From Mustelus asterias (Eukaryota), in contig NW_027590140.1 of the NCBI RefSeq assembly GCF_964213995.1, positions 1,054,001 through 1,118,000 of the forward strand: a stretch of DNA of 64,000 bases. The letters are read 5' to 3'. The translations under genes and the position numbers were made by a program. Below are positions 48,480 through 62,289 of this stretch, in pieces (positions within the stretch are counted from its first letter, which is position 1; every line of letters begins with the position of its first letter). The notes beneath the pieces are model-generated. The model worked only from the letters and a program-made list of their open reading frames with translations, did not search any database and was not told the DNA's origin.

Positions 48480-50791
48480 GCTTTTTAATTTGGAAGTACA
48501 AAATAAGTGGATACATCAGGTTGAAAGTAACGAATGTGTTCTTGTATTAAGTGGCATGGGTTCTCAAACTAACCATGCGAACCTGCAGCCACACAGTGGA
48601 GTTGAGCATTGGAGTCAGGCCGATTGGGGGCGATATGCTGTCATTTGTTTCTGTAGTGTAGTGCTTGTAAAGGACCCCGGTCCGAAACCGGGCAGAATAA
48701 TACATTAAGGTTTTTCGTGTCGGGTGAGAGAAATCTGAATGATTTCAGTGTGTTGCTGAACATTATCCGGATCTCGATTCATATTATCTTTGCTTGACGT
48801 CGGCCTCAAATGCTTCCTGTAAAATAAATGCTGAATATTTTGACCCACTGACAGGAAAGAAATGTTTCTATTTTGACAACATGCGCATATTAGCATTTCG
48901 TTCAGCCGACAACTGAATTTAATGAGTTTATAGGTACAGACTAACATAGTTAACCACCATCTGAAATATGTCAAATAGTGGTGTGTGCTCAAAAATACAG
49001 ACATAAGTGATACTGCAACTGAACGAGAGGAAATGGCGCACAATTCCCAGAAGCATTTTTTAAAAATCGTTCTTCAAAATAAAGAAATAGGAAAAACCAC
49101 TCAGACAGGTGAGGAAATCGAGACTCCTTGCGGATCTACTGGACTTTGCTATCGATGGCCGGAATTCATGCGCCTGAATGTTTCATACCCATAATATAAA
49201 TGGCTCAAGTATAACTAACAGATAATTCTTCAATCTCTTCCACTTAAATATAGTTGACTTTGTTGAAACGCTGACTATGGTCAATCTCAAATAAACACCA
49301 TGGGATCTGTATTGCCGGGTGACTCGATTCCTTTCGTTGGTCAGTTACGTTTGCAATTCAGTGATACTCAGTTGCAGAGAAATTCAATTTATAACGAGGA
49401 CTTGTGTGTTAAATAAAATATTGACATTAAATATTGAATAACTGAGTACAATTGGTTGAAATTATTCGAAGGAAGATGAGAATGATGCATTAATGAATGA
49501 GCAGAAATCATTGATCCCCTGGGATATTTACCAGACAACCACTTTTAAGTTTTAAAGGTCAAGAAACGTTCAGAGATCATGTTGAAATTAACGGTTTTCT
49601 TCTTGAATTAAGTGACATGACTCTCAGTGTAACCATTGGAACCTGCAGCAACACAGCTCAGTTGAAGATTGTAGACAGGTCAATTTGCTGTAGTGTGCAG
49701 TCGGCTGTTTCTGAAGTGCGTTGCGAGCTATTTCTGTAGTGTCGTTTTTATCACTTTCGCTCCGACACGCAAAAGGTCCCCGGTTCAAAACCGGGCAAAA
49801 ATGCTGTTGGATCTTTCGCATTAATAGTGTGCGAAGTCTGTATGATTTAAGTTAATTGCTCAACACGATGCTAATCTCGATGTTACATCAACTCAAATGC
49901 TTTTAGGAAAATCAGAAACGCTGAATTTTAGGACGCAATGGCAGGAAATAAATGTTTGTATGGTTTGTACACTTATTCGCAACTTGCTCTGTCCACAACA
50001 GAATTTAGTGGATTTATAGATGCAGATTCGCAGAGACAATCACCATCTGAAACATGCCTGAAATTAGTGTGTGCTCATAAAGACAAGCACACGTGAAACT
50101 GTAACTGAACTCGAAGAAATGGCGCGCGTTTCCCTGAAGCATCTTTTTAAAATTGTTCTTCATGATATAGAAAGAGGAACAAACACTCAGGCAGATGAAG
50201 AAATCGAGAATCAGTGCGGACCTGCTGGACTTCCTACGGATGAATGAGATTTCGGCGCCAGAATGTTTCACACACTCAATGAAAAGGGATCAAGTATAAT
50301 TAAGAAGCAATTTTTAAATCTCTTCCCTTGAAAGATGTTTGATCTCGTTCAAAATATGATTGTGGTCAATCTCAAATAAGCACCATGGCATGTGCATTTC
50401 CCAGTGACGCGATTTTTTTTTGTTGATCAGTCATGTTTGTAATCAATGTTGTATGTTTCAGAGTTATTCAATTCAGAATTAGGACATCTGTGTTCAATAA
50501 ATGTCTCAATATTAAATGTTGAATAACGAATAAATACTGGATGTAACTCGTTGAAATTGTTCGACCGAAGATGAGAAAGACGCATTAATGATTGAGCAGA
50601 AATCATTGCTCGCTTAGACATTGGCCAGACGAACGCTTTTAAATTCGAAAATTCTTTATAATTTGAGACATCAGGTTGAAAGTAACGGTTGCCTTCTTGT
50701 ATCGAGGTACATGGACTCTCAGTCCAAAGCGGAGTTGAACAATGCGGACAGACTATTTGTACATTCGAGAGATATTAATTTCAGAATTAGG

Positions 50792-50832
<41 letters not shown>

Positions 50833-51262
50833 AAATGAATTAATATTAAATATTGAATGAAGATGGGCAGGTTAGGTGGATTGGGCACACTAAATTTCCC
50901 CTTGGGTTAGATAGATTATCCATGGGAAAGGAGTAGCGTCATGGGGGAAAACGGGAGAAAGGGCCTGGTTCCGATACTCTGTCATCGCTTCTGATTCGTT
51001 CCGTCAAATGGCCTTTTCTGCACTGTTGGGTTCCTGTGATGCAATTCTTATTCGCAGGAAGATAAGAATGAAGCATTAATAATTGAGCAGAAATCATTGC
51101 TCCCTTAGATATTTGCCGGACGAACGCTGTTTAATTTTGAAGTACAATATAAGTTGAGATATCAGGTTTAAAGTAACGGATGCGTTCTTTTATTAAGTGA
51201 CGTGGGCTCTCAATCTAACCAGTAGAACCTGCAGCAACACAGTGGAGTTGAGCATTGGTGCG
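48480..51262 (+). repeat. Second decayed tRNA-Val unit array (tRNA remnants at 48647-48698 and 49730-49802); (TA)n at ~50792-50826
   Basis: Same spacer blocks and the same two unit types as 23660-28860. Confidence 0.88.
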
Positions 51263-51274
51263 GCGACAATAATC

Positions 51275-52170
51275 TCTCCCTTATTGTCAACAAAACGGAG
51301 GAGATTGTCATCGATTTTGGGAAGCGTAGAGGACATAAGAACATAAGAACATAAGAAATAGGAGCAGGAGTAGGCCGTCTAGCCCCTCGAGCCTGCCCCG
51401 CCATTCAATAAGTTCATGGCTGATCTGAAGTGGATCAGTTCCACTTACCCGCCTGATCCCTATAACCCCTAATTCCCTTACCGATCAGGAATCCATCTAT
51501 CCGGGATTTAAACATATTCAACGAGGTAGCCTCCACCACTTCAGTGGGCAGAGAATTCCAGAGATTCACCACCCTCTGAGAGAAGAAGTTCCTCCTCAAC
51601 TCTGTCCTAAACTGACCCCCCTTTATTTTGAGGCTGTGCCCTCTAGTTCTAGTTTCCTTTCTAAGTGGAAAGAATCTCTCCACCTGTACCCTATCCAGCC
51701 CCTTCATTATCTTATAGGTCTCTATAAGATCCCCCCCTCAGCCTTCTAAATTCCAACGAGTACAAACCCAATCTGCTCAGTCTCTCGTCATAATCAACAC
51801 CCCTCATCTCCGGTATCAACCTGGTGAACCTTCTCTGCACTCCCTCCAAGGCCAATATATCCTTCCGCAAATAAGGGGACCAATACTGCACACAGTATTC
51901 CAGCTGCGGCCTCACCAATGCCCTGTACAGATGCAGCAAGACATCCCTGCTTTTATATTCTATCCCCCTTGCGATTTGGGCAACATCCCATTTGCCTTCT
52001 TGATCACCTGTTGAGGAGAACATGACCCTCTCTACATCAAAGGGGACAAAGTAGAAAGGGTCCAGAGCTTCAAGGTTTCAGGTGTCCAGATCACCAACAA
52101 CCTGCCCTGCCTCCTCCTCCCCCTTCCCCCCCCCCCCCCCCCCCCCATGCCGACACTATAGTTAAGAAAG
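51275..52170. mobile_element. Rex1/Babar fragment (+) with nested CR1 (-, ~51333-52012)
   Basis: VNKTEEIVIDFGKR...|...LYIKGDKVERVQSFKV flanks a CR1 3' fragment; gagga on both sides. Confidence 0.85.
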
Positions 52171-53046
52171 CCGGCACATTTGCAACATTTAGAGACAACT
52201 GGATGGGAACATGAATAAGGAAGAAATAGAAGGACAAGGGCCGCTTAAGGGCAGATTCTATTTTCGTATAGTTAGGACATTTGATTAGCACAGTCTTGAA
52301 GGGCCGAAGGACCTGTTCCCGTGCTGTACTTTTCTTTGTCCTTTGTTCTCAGCAGGTCTTGCAGCAAATGTGAAGCGATAAACAGATTTAAAGTTCCGAG
52401 TCCAATACGATGATTTTTCAAACTAGTAACTGGTTATGAGTAACGTCAATGAGCACAATATTGAGAGGGAGAATTGTACCCAGGCAGCTGAAGGAATGAA
52501 TCCCACCCACAGGAGCGCTTCTGCAGTAAACGTGTTTAGCGAAGTAGTAAGGTACCGAAATGCTGGAGGTTTGTGACCCGCGAGGACTAACTAATCTGTT
52601 CCTGATGTTACTTATATTCCCGACATAGTTCTGTTTTGCATCCATTAGCAACAAGAAAATATCGTCCGAACTTTGCCAGTCCTGCTGCTTTTTTCCCACA
52701 CAAATCGATTCATAAACAGACATTTTAAATCAACAGAAATATAAAAGGAAGTGAATTTGATCCAACATTCAACCGATTAGAAATATGCAGGTGGTTGTTT
52801 CTTTGTGGAAACAGTTTTTTTAAAACCAAATTTGCTGTATTCAACTGCGCTTTTCCCATCTTAGCAGGAGGGGGTAACAGGTAAACGACAACGACTGTCT
52901 GGGCGCTAAATAGTCAAGCGACTTGTTTTGAAATATAAACGCTCTAATTATAGATCAGGTTTTGTAGAAATGAAAATGCGATCGGATTGTCAGACAACTT
53001 CCTGTGACCCTGATTTATGATGTGATGTGATTGGTCAGTCGTCTCA

Positions 53047-53082
53047 GTCTCGGTGGCGCAAATCGCTAGCGCGTTCGGCTGT
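53047..53082 (+). tRNA. tRNA-Asn 5' half remnant
   Basis: GTCTCGGTGGCGCAAATCGCTAGCGCGTTCGGCTGT, truncated at the anticodon loop. Confidence 0.6.
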
Positions 53083-54029
53083 GCATTTGTATTCTTCCCC
53101 CATCAGCATTCATTGTCACAGTTCAGTGTTCCTGCGTAACAACAATAAATATCTGAAAAATGCTCCCTGCTCTGCTATCATCCGGTCTTGCCAACATTCT
53201 AATTCAATGAATATTTATCTCAAACATTTGATATTTGATAACATCTTGGTTTCAAATATGTTATTATACGCAACGATTGATCTCGAAACTAACGAGTGAC
53301 AGATCTTGGGTTGCAGTTTCCTTTTCCAGTCCACAATCCCTCATTCTCGGATAGACCAGGATTCTGTCCATTCTAGACTGAAATGTGTCCAATGGTGGAG
53401 CACGTAGAACCCTCTGGACTATAGATTTACAAAAATTCACAAAAATTTTGAGTGTCATAATTTCTCCTCAACACAGCCCTAAATGACCCGCCCTTTATCC
53501 TGAGACCATGTCCCGTGGTTTACATTTCCTCGACCAACAGAAACAGCCTCAATGCGTCCATCCTATTAACCCATTCAGCATTGTGTAGGTTTCACTGAGA
53601 TCGTCTTCCATTCTTCTGAGCTCCACAGAATTTCAACTCTTAAAATAGGGTTAAAAACTGCTTGAAATATATTGCAAAATCCAAATGCTGGAATTCATTC
53701 CAGACACTGACATTCGCTTTGTTCTATGTAAACAAATATTTTAGTGCAATTAGTTATCATGATAAAGTTTAAAAATATTTTAAAAATCATTTATTTCACA
53801 TTCTGTGGTTTACTTATTCGTTAAACATTTTAAAAAAAACCATATGCAAAGAAACCTCAAAGAATGGCTCCTGCCTCTATGTGTTGCAGCTGGATGAAAA
53901 ATTAAAAGTGCAAATAAATTGGGGAAAAACTCACCTAACAACAGCACAAATGCGGGAGGTTTTGGCACAATTGCAGCTTAGCGCTTCAGGACCGGCAGAT
54001 TTTAGAACCTCGACAGGAGGTTTAAAATT

Positions 54030-54265
54030 TGCTAAAAGCAAATTACTGCGGATGCTGGAATCTGAAACCAAAAGAGAGAATGCTGGAAAATCTCAGCAGA
54101 TCTGGCAGCATCTATAAGGAGAGAAAATAGTGATGTTTCGAGTCCAAATGACCCTTTGTCAAAGCTTTGTGAAAGGGTCATCTGGACTCGAAACATACGT
54201 TCTTTTCCCTCCTAACAGACGCTGCCAGACCTGCGGAGATTTTCCAGAGTTTTCTGTTCTGGTTT
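54030..54265. mobile_element. Penelope-derived fold-back element (~100-bp arms centred on caaagctttg)
   Basis: ctggaaaatctcagcagatctggcagc pairs with gctgccagacctgcggagattttccag; GGTTTAAAAT at both ends. Confidence 0.8.
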
Positions 54266-57200
54266 AAAATCGGCGCTCTCTCTTTCAGCGCACATGCGCA
54301 TGCGCCCGGACTTTCGTGGTGTGCCACGCGCATGTCCGGCGTTTGTTTGGGCAATTCGGACCAGAAGTTACACCCCAATGCCTATTGGATCCCTGATTTT
54401 GATGCTTACTGATCTAGCCCCCCTATCTCAACTTCTGATTTCTCCTCAGAGTCGTCATTACATTTTTCGCCCGCTCAATTTGTACATTCTTCTGATAAAA
54501 ACCCTGCCTTCGGACATTCCAATTTCTGCAGGGAGGGAAACAGCGGCATCCGCTGATACCCAAGTGGAGCCATATTGCAGAGAGTCACTTGTATGTATGA
54601 GGCGAAATAGTACAGTTCTGTTCCTGATTAATACTGACCAACATAATGTTAATTGCATGAGACACATTGGTTGCAATACCGTGACATATCAAGGAGAGGT
54701 CGGCCAAACAAAATGTCCAGACATAAATAGTTATTGTCGTTTCTTTCGGTTCCTGGATACATTTCACATGAAAGTTATAAATATTCAACGTTTCCCTATG
54801 TCCAAACAGGCTGTCCTATCGCCCGAATATGATGATGTTAAGTGTTTATTTTTGTGCAGGTTAACAATCTCTGTAACCACATGTTGCACTGTCACAAACA
54901 ATTATCATCTGAAACATTTTCTCCAAGTATTAGAGGAACAGCTGATCACCGTTTATTTATGCAGTTCGGGATTTTGATGGACGGGACAGAATTCGCGGCA
55001 AAAACTAAGGCCTAACACGGCGTATTTTTTGACATTGGGGCGAACCAAATGTTTTACAACCAGACACGCATTTTTGAGATATTGCTAATATGAAGCCAAT
55101 TTCCGTTTAACAAACCCAACCAATTGCCTTGAGGAGTGAATATGCTTCTGGCGTTGATGGAAGAGTGAATATTAGACAAGACAGCAAGATAGATGCTAAG
55201 CCATTCTTCACAAGGGCGACACAATGAGTTTTCATACAGCGACTCTATTTACGGTGCCTTCCAATAGAAAACAAAAATCCAACAGCGCAGCACTCTCGAT
55301 ACCTGCAGTGAAAAGCCAATCTTGATTAGAGTCTCTGCGTTCTGCCTGGAATTTTAATCCACACTCCTCTAGTCCCGGGGTCACATTGCTCACAAGTGAC
55401 TACACGCCCAAAACAATGCGGAAGATCCTGATCAGATCTGCTCCACAATAAATTCAGTCGTGCCTGCTTGGAGTTTTCCAGGATAAAGCAATTACGGCCA
55501 GGCCAATCCACGATGTATGTAATTGTGTGGATTGTCCCTCCGCAAACTCAATGCCGTGCTGTACTCGGCATGTTTATAGTCAATAAAACTGCGGTGCGCT
55601 AACCATTTTTACAAAAAGAGTAACAATGCTAAAATGGGTGTTTCCAAGCTTCAGAAAACCAGGAGGAACAGGATGGGCCCACGCAGAATGTCGTGGCGCA
55701 GAACTGAATATACTATTTTGATTTGATTAGCTTATAATTGTTTCCATGTATTACTATACAGTGAGTTTTTTTTTCTTGGGTGCTATACAGTCAGAGAATA
55801 CCGGACACAGAGAAGGAAAGGAGAGGGTGCTGAATGTAATGATATGGTCATAGCTAGGGTGCAGAGAAACGTCAGCTTAATATAAGGTAGTTCCATAAAA
55901 ACGTCTGATGGCAGCAGGGAAGAAACTGTTCTTTGGTCGGTTGGTGCATGACCTCAGACGTTTGTATCTGCTTCCAGACGGAAGACGGTGGAGGACAGTA
56001 TGTCCGGGGTGAATTTGGACTCAGCATACACGGATGGGGAAACAGTGTTCGAATCTAATATCATCAAAACTATTAGAGGCCTTCTCAAATGCCTTCATTG
56101 TATCTATCGAATGGAAATGTTTTGGCGGAAGGAGGGATTCATTTAAAAAACAATTCGACCAAACAATCTACAATCTGATTCACTAATTTCCTTTCAGGAA
56201 GAAAATCTGCTGTCCTTACCCGGTCTGGCCTACATGTGACTCCAGAGCCACAGCCATGTGGTTGATTCTCAACTGCCCTCGGGCAAGTAGGGATTTGCAA
56301 TAAATGCTGGCCAGCCCGTAACATCCATGTCCCACAATGAATAAAAAAGCCGTACATTTCAAAATTCTGAAACTAATTCGAGAAGTTTGAGATCTGTTTG
56401 AAGTCACTTTTCATAATGTACTTTTTATAGTGTTGTATGGAATAATATTTTCTCAGATTAATATTATATTATAAGATAACATCAGTATTATATTATAATA
56501 TAGAAATGAGCATTCAAATGTAAATGCAACTGAAACGTAAGGTGAAGTAAGAGACGTGGAATAAACTGCACACTGAAAAACTGGGCTTATGCAGACTGCA
56601 CAAAGGCTTCACCTCACATACGGAAATGTCGCACACCCTTGACATGCATATTGAATGTAACTGGCATTTACCTTTCTCCAATGAATGCACCGTCCTGAAT
56701 GGAATGTTTCTATGCAAGGCGACCTGCGCCAGTCCAAAATAAATTTCAACACGCTCAGTGGTGCCTGTCACCCCGGATATATTTACACTGCACTGAATCA
56801 GTAAGTACCAGACGCAGCCATGCTGAATATGACGTTTTCCGCACGAAGATGTGCATGCATGGACTGTTTTTAAGCGGACTGAAATGGACGATCTCCAGAT
56901 TGTGTGAGACTCTGTTTGAATGGAACATTCTATGAAAGTAACTGAACGGATTAGAATCAGTAAACACCGAATGTATCAATCCTAATCCAATGATTTTAAA
57001 CACAGCGAACAGGATTTTTCACTGAATGCAACATTGCTGACCTGCTTACTAACAGTGAACGTTGAGACATAAGATATGGACGTTTTCACAATGAATTAGG
57101 GCTGTGCGCATTGAATAGATCTGTCATGACCTGGAAATGTTCACAATCAAATAAATGATGATCTGGTGTTTTAAAATCGAAGGTAAGAGTAATGAACTGG

Positions 57201-57954
57201 ACCTGTCCCTATCAAAGAGAGGGACAGTTGTGGCAACGTTTGTTCAGGGTTTCAAGGAGGTAGTGAACAAAGTTGCATGTGAGGCTTGATCACACAGGGT
57301 GAGTAATGATCAGGAACAAAATCTTGGCCGTCTGTTCCTTTCAGAAGTAGATAACTGATCAGTTATATTTTGCACTGAGGTATATCTCCATTGCAATGCC
57401 TAATTGGATGCCGATTTCGCTATCAGATTTGCTATCCAGTCATAATTTCCCTCGATTTTTAAGTTTACTGGGACATTCTATAGGAGATTTAAGAGTCAAC
57501 CACAGTGTTTTTTGTTTGTAGTGAAAAGTAGGCCAGACTAGCTCAGGATGGCATATTTCCTTCTCTAAAGTGAAATGTTCAGTGCACCAGGTAGGAGTTT
57601 GCAACAATCGATGATAGTTTTATGGCCAGGCATGCCTGAATGTAGCTTTCACTTCAAAATTTCATTAACTGAATTAAAATTTCACCACTTTCTACGGTGG
57701 TAGTAAAATACATCTATCTTGGAGGATAGCCTCAGAGTAAGTAGTTCATCAATATAACCCCTCCGGCACCTCATTGCCTCAGATACTAAGGTTTCAGACA
57801 CGAGGATCCGGCAGGCTTCATTCACATTTTCATGACTCAATCGTCTACTCTAATTTTCATTACATTTTTAGAGATGTCAATGCGACTCTACAATGGACTT
57901 TGAAAATTTCAAATAGAACCAGTTCCGCTACTTCCATGGAAACGAGCTTCATAG

Positions 57955-58220
57955 AATCATAGAAATCATAGAAACCCTACAGCACAGAAAGAGGCCATTC
58001 GGCCCATCGAGTCTGCACCGACCACAATCCCACCCAGGCCCTACCCCCATATCCACACATGTTTACCCACTAATCCCTCTAACCTACGCATCTCAGGACA
58101 CTAAGGGCAATTTTAGCGTGGCCAATCAAACGAACCTGCACATCTTTGGACTGTGGGAGGAAGCCGGAGCACCCGGAGTAAACCCATGCACACACGAAGA
58201 GAATGTGCAAACTCCACAAC
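57955..58220 (-). mobile_element. HE1-like V-SINE (5'-truncated)
   Basis: Reverse complement of the 3' part of 28276-28613. Confidence 0.85.
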
Positions 58221-58405
58221 ATTCCCCTCCATCTGAGCATAAAATACAAGTCTGACGGCAGCTGCACTAAACCCCTGGTTAAATTTAGTCCAATAAAGTT
58301 CAAAAAATCCAAACCAGTTAATGATGTCCCTGGAGCCTGACATCACATATAAATCTGACAACTAGTGACTGGAAAAAAACAACACGTTGTGAGATTCTGT
58401 TAGAA

Positions 58406-61400
58406 ATGCACGGAGCCCCACAAGGATTGCTGTTTGCCATTTACTATCCCGTCCTTGCCGCTATCGGGGTTCCAGGTTAAGTATTTTAGCCCGGTGTTAT
58501 TTTGGGGAATGTATTGATTAGCCTGGGTCACTGCTCTTCTATACGATGCATCCCTTTCATTATATGTTCCTATCTTCCTCTGCCATTTCTGCAAGATGGA
58601 TGTCTGGTTGTGGTTTGTCATTGACACTGCTAATTTGTGTGAGTTATCAGACTGTTTGCGTAGTGTAATTGTAGTTATATTGTGTTAGATACACTGCAAG
58701 CATCTTTGAACTGTTATCGCAGTGTGACTATTTTTTCCAGTGCCTTAGCGGTATTGTGAGTGAATTACCATAAGGATGACAGGCAGTGTATGCAGCCAGC
58801 CTACTTATTTATTCACTCTACTAGCACAATTATCTTGGCTAGCATAGTACATTGTCATCAAGGTACATGCAGTTACATTATGTCCGTGTCAATGTTACTG
58901 TCATGTAATCGTCAAATTATCACTCCAGTTTACATGAAATATCAATATGTTATTCACATCCAAGCTCTAGGGGAACAACCAAACTATGATTTCGGTGTGA
59001 AAGTAGATCCATTGCGTTTTGAAAATATTCTGTAGACAAATAGTCGTACTGTGAAAACGGGGTAATTTTAATTTATTGTGTTATTAATGCTGCCCTTTGT
59101 GAATTATCGGAATCTTACCCTTGTCATGTGAATTAACAGTCACACTGTTCTCACAATATGAAAATGCGTTAGACAGTTGCTGGCGTTGTAGTCTACATTA
59201 GAATATAGCGATACTTTACTGCTCCTTCAATGAAAACATTTATTGTCATTGCAGAGGTATATGATCGTCCTGTTAGTCTTAATCTGTGCCCCCATACTTT
59301 AGATTCTCCAGCGATTGTAAACGTCTGTCAGTTTACTTCCTGTCAATGTTCTTCAGAACACTGGATGTCTCAATGAGATCAAATCTTATTCATCTAAACT
59401 TCCGAAAATATCGACAAAATGTAGTCAGCTCCTTATCATAGATGATACTCTCATAAAAGGAACAGGCATAGTGACCCTTAACTGTTCGGCCACACATTTA
59501 CGTATTTCCCCCCTTAAATTGGGGACATGATGCAAAGATGCAGTTATGGTCACGCCAAGTTCTGCACAACTTTAGAAAGACGTCTTTAATCCATCTGCTG
59601 CACAATCCTCACAAGGAAGACCAATTTTACATTGTTACATTACTGATTTATTAAATGTTGCCAATCCTCAGACTTTGTACATTTTTTTCCAACATTTGAA
59701 GCCTCTTCTTGTGACATAATGTATTCCTTTAGTTAAATAGCAAGATTCGGGTGAATATTTCTGGCTGAGCTTTTGTTTTTCAATGGCATTCATTCTTGTT
59801 GATTTTTTTGATTGTTTCTTGATTGTTTGCATGTTATTTCTGGCACTATGCTTTAATCTAATTAGCCAACACAAGTTATCCAATTTTTCCCTGATATCAA
59901 TGTTTTCGGCTTCATTCAGTTTGATTTATTTTCTGAGTAATTTAATCACATGGCCACCGCTGGAGAAGCATTTACTATCATGCTACGAATCAGTCCTCCC
60001 GCATTACACAATATCAGATGCCTGCATCATCAAGTTGTTTCTACAACATAGAAATATAGAAACGTAACATAGAAAGGAGAAGCAGGAATAGACCAATTTG
60101 CCCGGCGAGACTGCTCCACCATTCATTTTAATCATGGCTGATCTTCAGAATCGACATCGTGATCCCAGCTTCTTGCCCTATCCCCAGATCCCTTTAGCCC
60201 CAAGAGCTATCGATAATTTCTTCCTGAACTCGCACGATGTTTTGGCCTCAACTCCTTACTGTGGTAGTGAATTCCACACATTCACCATTCTCCTGGTGAA
60301 GAAATTTCTCCTCACCTTCGTCCTTAACCTCACACTATGACCCCTAGTTCTGGACTACCCCACCATGGAGACCATTCGACCTGAATCTACCCTGTCTAAT
60401 TCTGTTTGAAATTTGTAAGTTGCCATGAGATCCCCTCCCTCTCGTCTCAACTTCAATGAAGTCAATTCTAACTGATTTAGTCTCTCGTCATGTGGCAAAC
60501 CTGCCATCCCAGGAATCAGCCTGGTGAAACTCCTCTTCTATAACAAGGATATCCTTCGTCTGATAAGGACACCAAACCTGCACATAATATTCCAGCTGTT
60601 GCCTCACCATCACCATGTAAAATTTCAGGAAAACACCGCAATCCCGATAGTGAAATCCTCTCGCCATGAAGGCCATCATACCATTTGCTCTCTTTACTGC
60701 CTGCTGATAGTCTTTGTTCTCAGCTTTGATGAAGGGTCATCTGGAATCGAAACGTTTGTTCTATTATCTCCAGGCAGGTGCTCTCAGTCCCGTTTTCATT
60801 TCAGATTCCAGCAGCCGCAGAATTTTGCTTTTTGCTTTCTGCATTTCTGTATCGTATTTCTCAAGCTCTATATCTTTCTTTGTTACAGCTAACTTAGTAG
60901 TGATTGTGATCTTGTCAAGAGGAAGATGTGGTCTCTCCAAATGCATCACTTGCTATCTTGTTTCTATGGCGGCGACTGATCTACTGCTCCTTGTCAGCAT
61001 TGTGATATTGAACAGGATTGCTGGTATCTATTTCCCATTCAGTTTTCTGTCCATCACGCCAGTGTGCAGTTTTCGTTGTGTCCTAAATTATGCTGCAATA
61101 GACAGTTCCGCCTGGTTAACGGTGGCTTTCACCTTTGATCGATGTGTAGCCATTAGTTGCCAGAAGCTGAAAATCAAATACTGCACTGTGAAGACAGCTG
61201 CACGGGTCATAACAATCGTGTCCATATTGAGTTGTTTCAAAAATTCATTCCTATATTTTATATATGAACCTTTGGGCATAATTAACAATATACCCTGGTT
61301 CTGCGGCATAAAATCAATATTTTATACCGCACCTGGATGGGTTGCATTTGACTGGATTCATTGTATTTTAACCCCTTGTCTCCCATTCATTCTAATTTTA

Positions 61401-61799
61401 CTACTCAATACTCTGACTGTCAGACACATTATAGCGGCCAGTAGAGCTCGGAAGAGACTGCGGACCGGGACAAATGGAGAGAATCAGAGTGATCCAGAGC
61501 TGGAAAACAGGCGAAAATCTATTGTTTTACTCTTTGCCATTTCAGGCAGTTTCATCATCTTATATTTAATATTCTTTATAACCATCCTTTACGTCCGAAT
61601 AGCGAAAGTGACTTATTTCTCAGGTTCTAATGTCAGCCAATCTACATTTGTTCTGGAGGAATACGGATATATGCTTCAGCTTTTGAGTTGCTGCATCAAC
61701 CCTTTCATTTACGCAGGGCCCCAGAGCAAATTCAGGGAGGAGTTAAAGAACGGGGTGAAATATCCACTGTTTTTAATTGTCAAATTATGTAAGAGCTGA
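58406..61799 (+). CDS. GPR139-like orphan class A GPCR, 2 exons: 58406-58475 and 60889-61799; 326 aa
   Basis: Exon 1 MHGAPQGLLFAIYYPVLAAIGVP G|GTTAAG splices in phase 1 to ttgttacAG|(A)NLVVIVILSRGRCGLSKCITCYLVSMAATDLL. Seven hydrophobic segments with FTFDRC and NPFIY; TGA at 61797-99. Confidence 0.9.
60045..60705 (-). mobile_element. Old CR1 3' fragment (intronic)
   Basis: MVRQQLEYYVQVWCPYQTKDIL; CR1 tail at ~60050. Confidence 0.8.
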
Positions 61800-62289
61800 A
61801 AAGAATAAATCAAACATGATTTTAACATTCTAGTCCACCTGGTCTGATTTGTGTCCATGGGCTCACTTCCCATATACATGTTCACTCACTCTGTAATCCT
61901 GACCAACTATGTGAATTTATGAATGATTAACAATGCCGTGCCCATTCCATATCGTTGTCTATTCTCAGTTATTTTCAAGTTCAGTTGTTCGTGATGACTT
62001 TGGTCATGTGCTTTCCCATCAGTCTCGGTTTGCCTAAGCATTTTTCATTCATGTGAGGGCCTTAGAGCCTGACCTCTGACCAAACATGGATGACACATTT
62101 AAATATTTATTAATTCCACTTAGATCCTTCCTAGTAACAGTTTGAACATTAGGTGCATTCCAGACCTGAAACACTCATTCTGTGAAAACGTATGCATAAT
62201 CGTGTTGATTTTCGGAAGAGTTCTCTTTGTGAAGGTGCAGAAAAATTAACAGAACTTTACCAAAACTAAAAATTATACCAGGATAATAC

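Noticed and set aside
54294-54977. 227-aa ORF
   Set aside because: No motifs or coding-like composition; likely spurious.
60714-60888. N-terminal extension of the second GPCR ORF
   Set aside because: Derived from a repeat and the polypyrimidine tract; the real exon 1 is 58406-58475.
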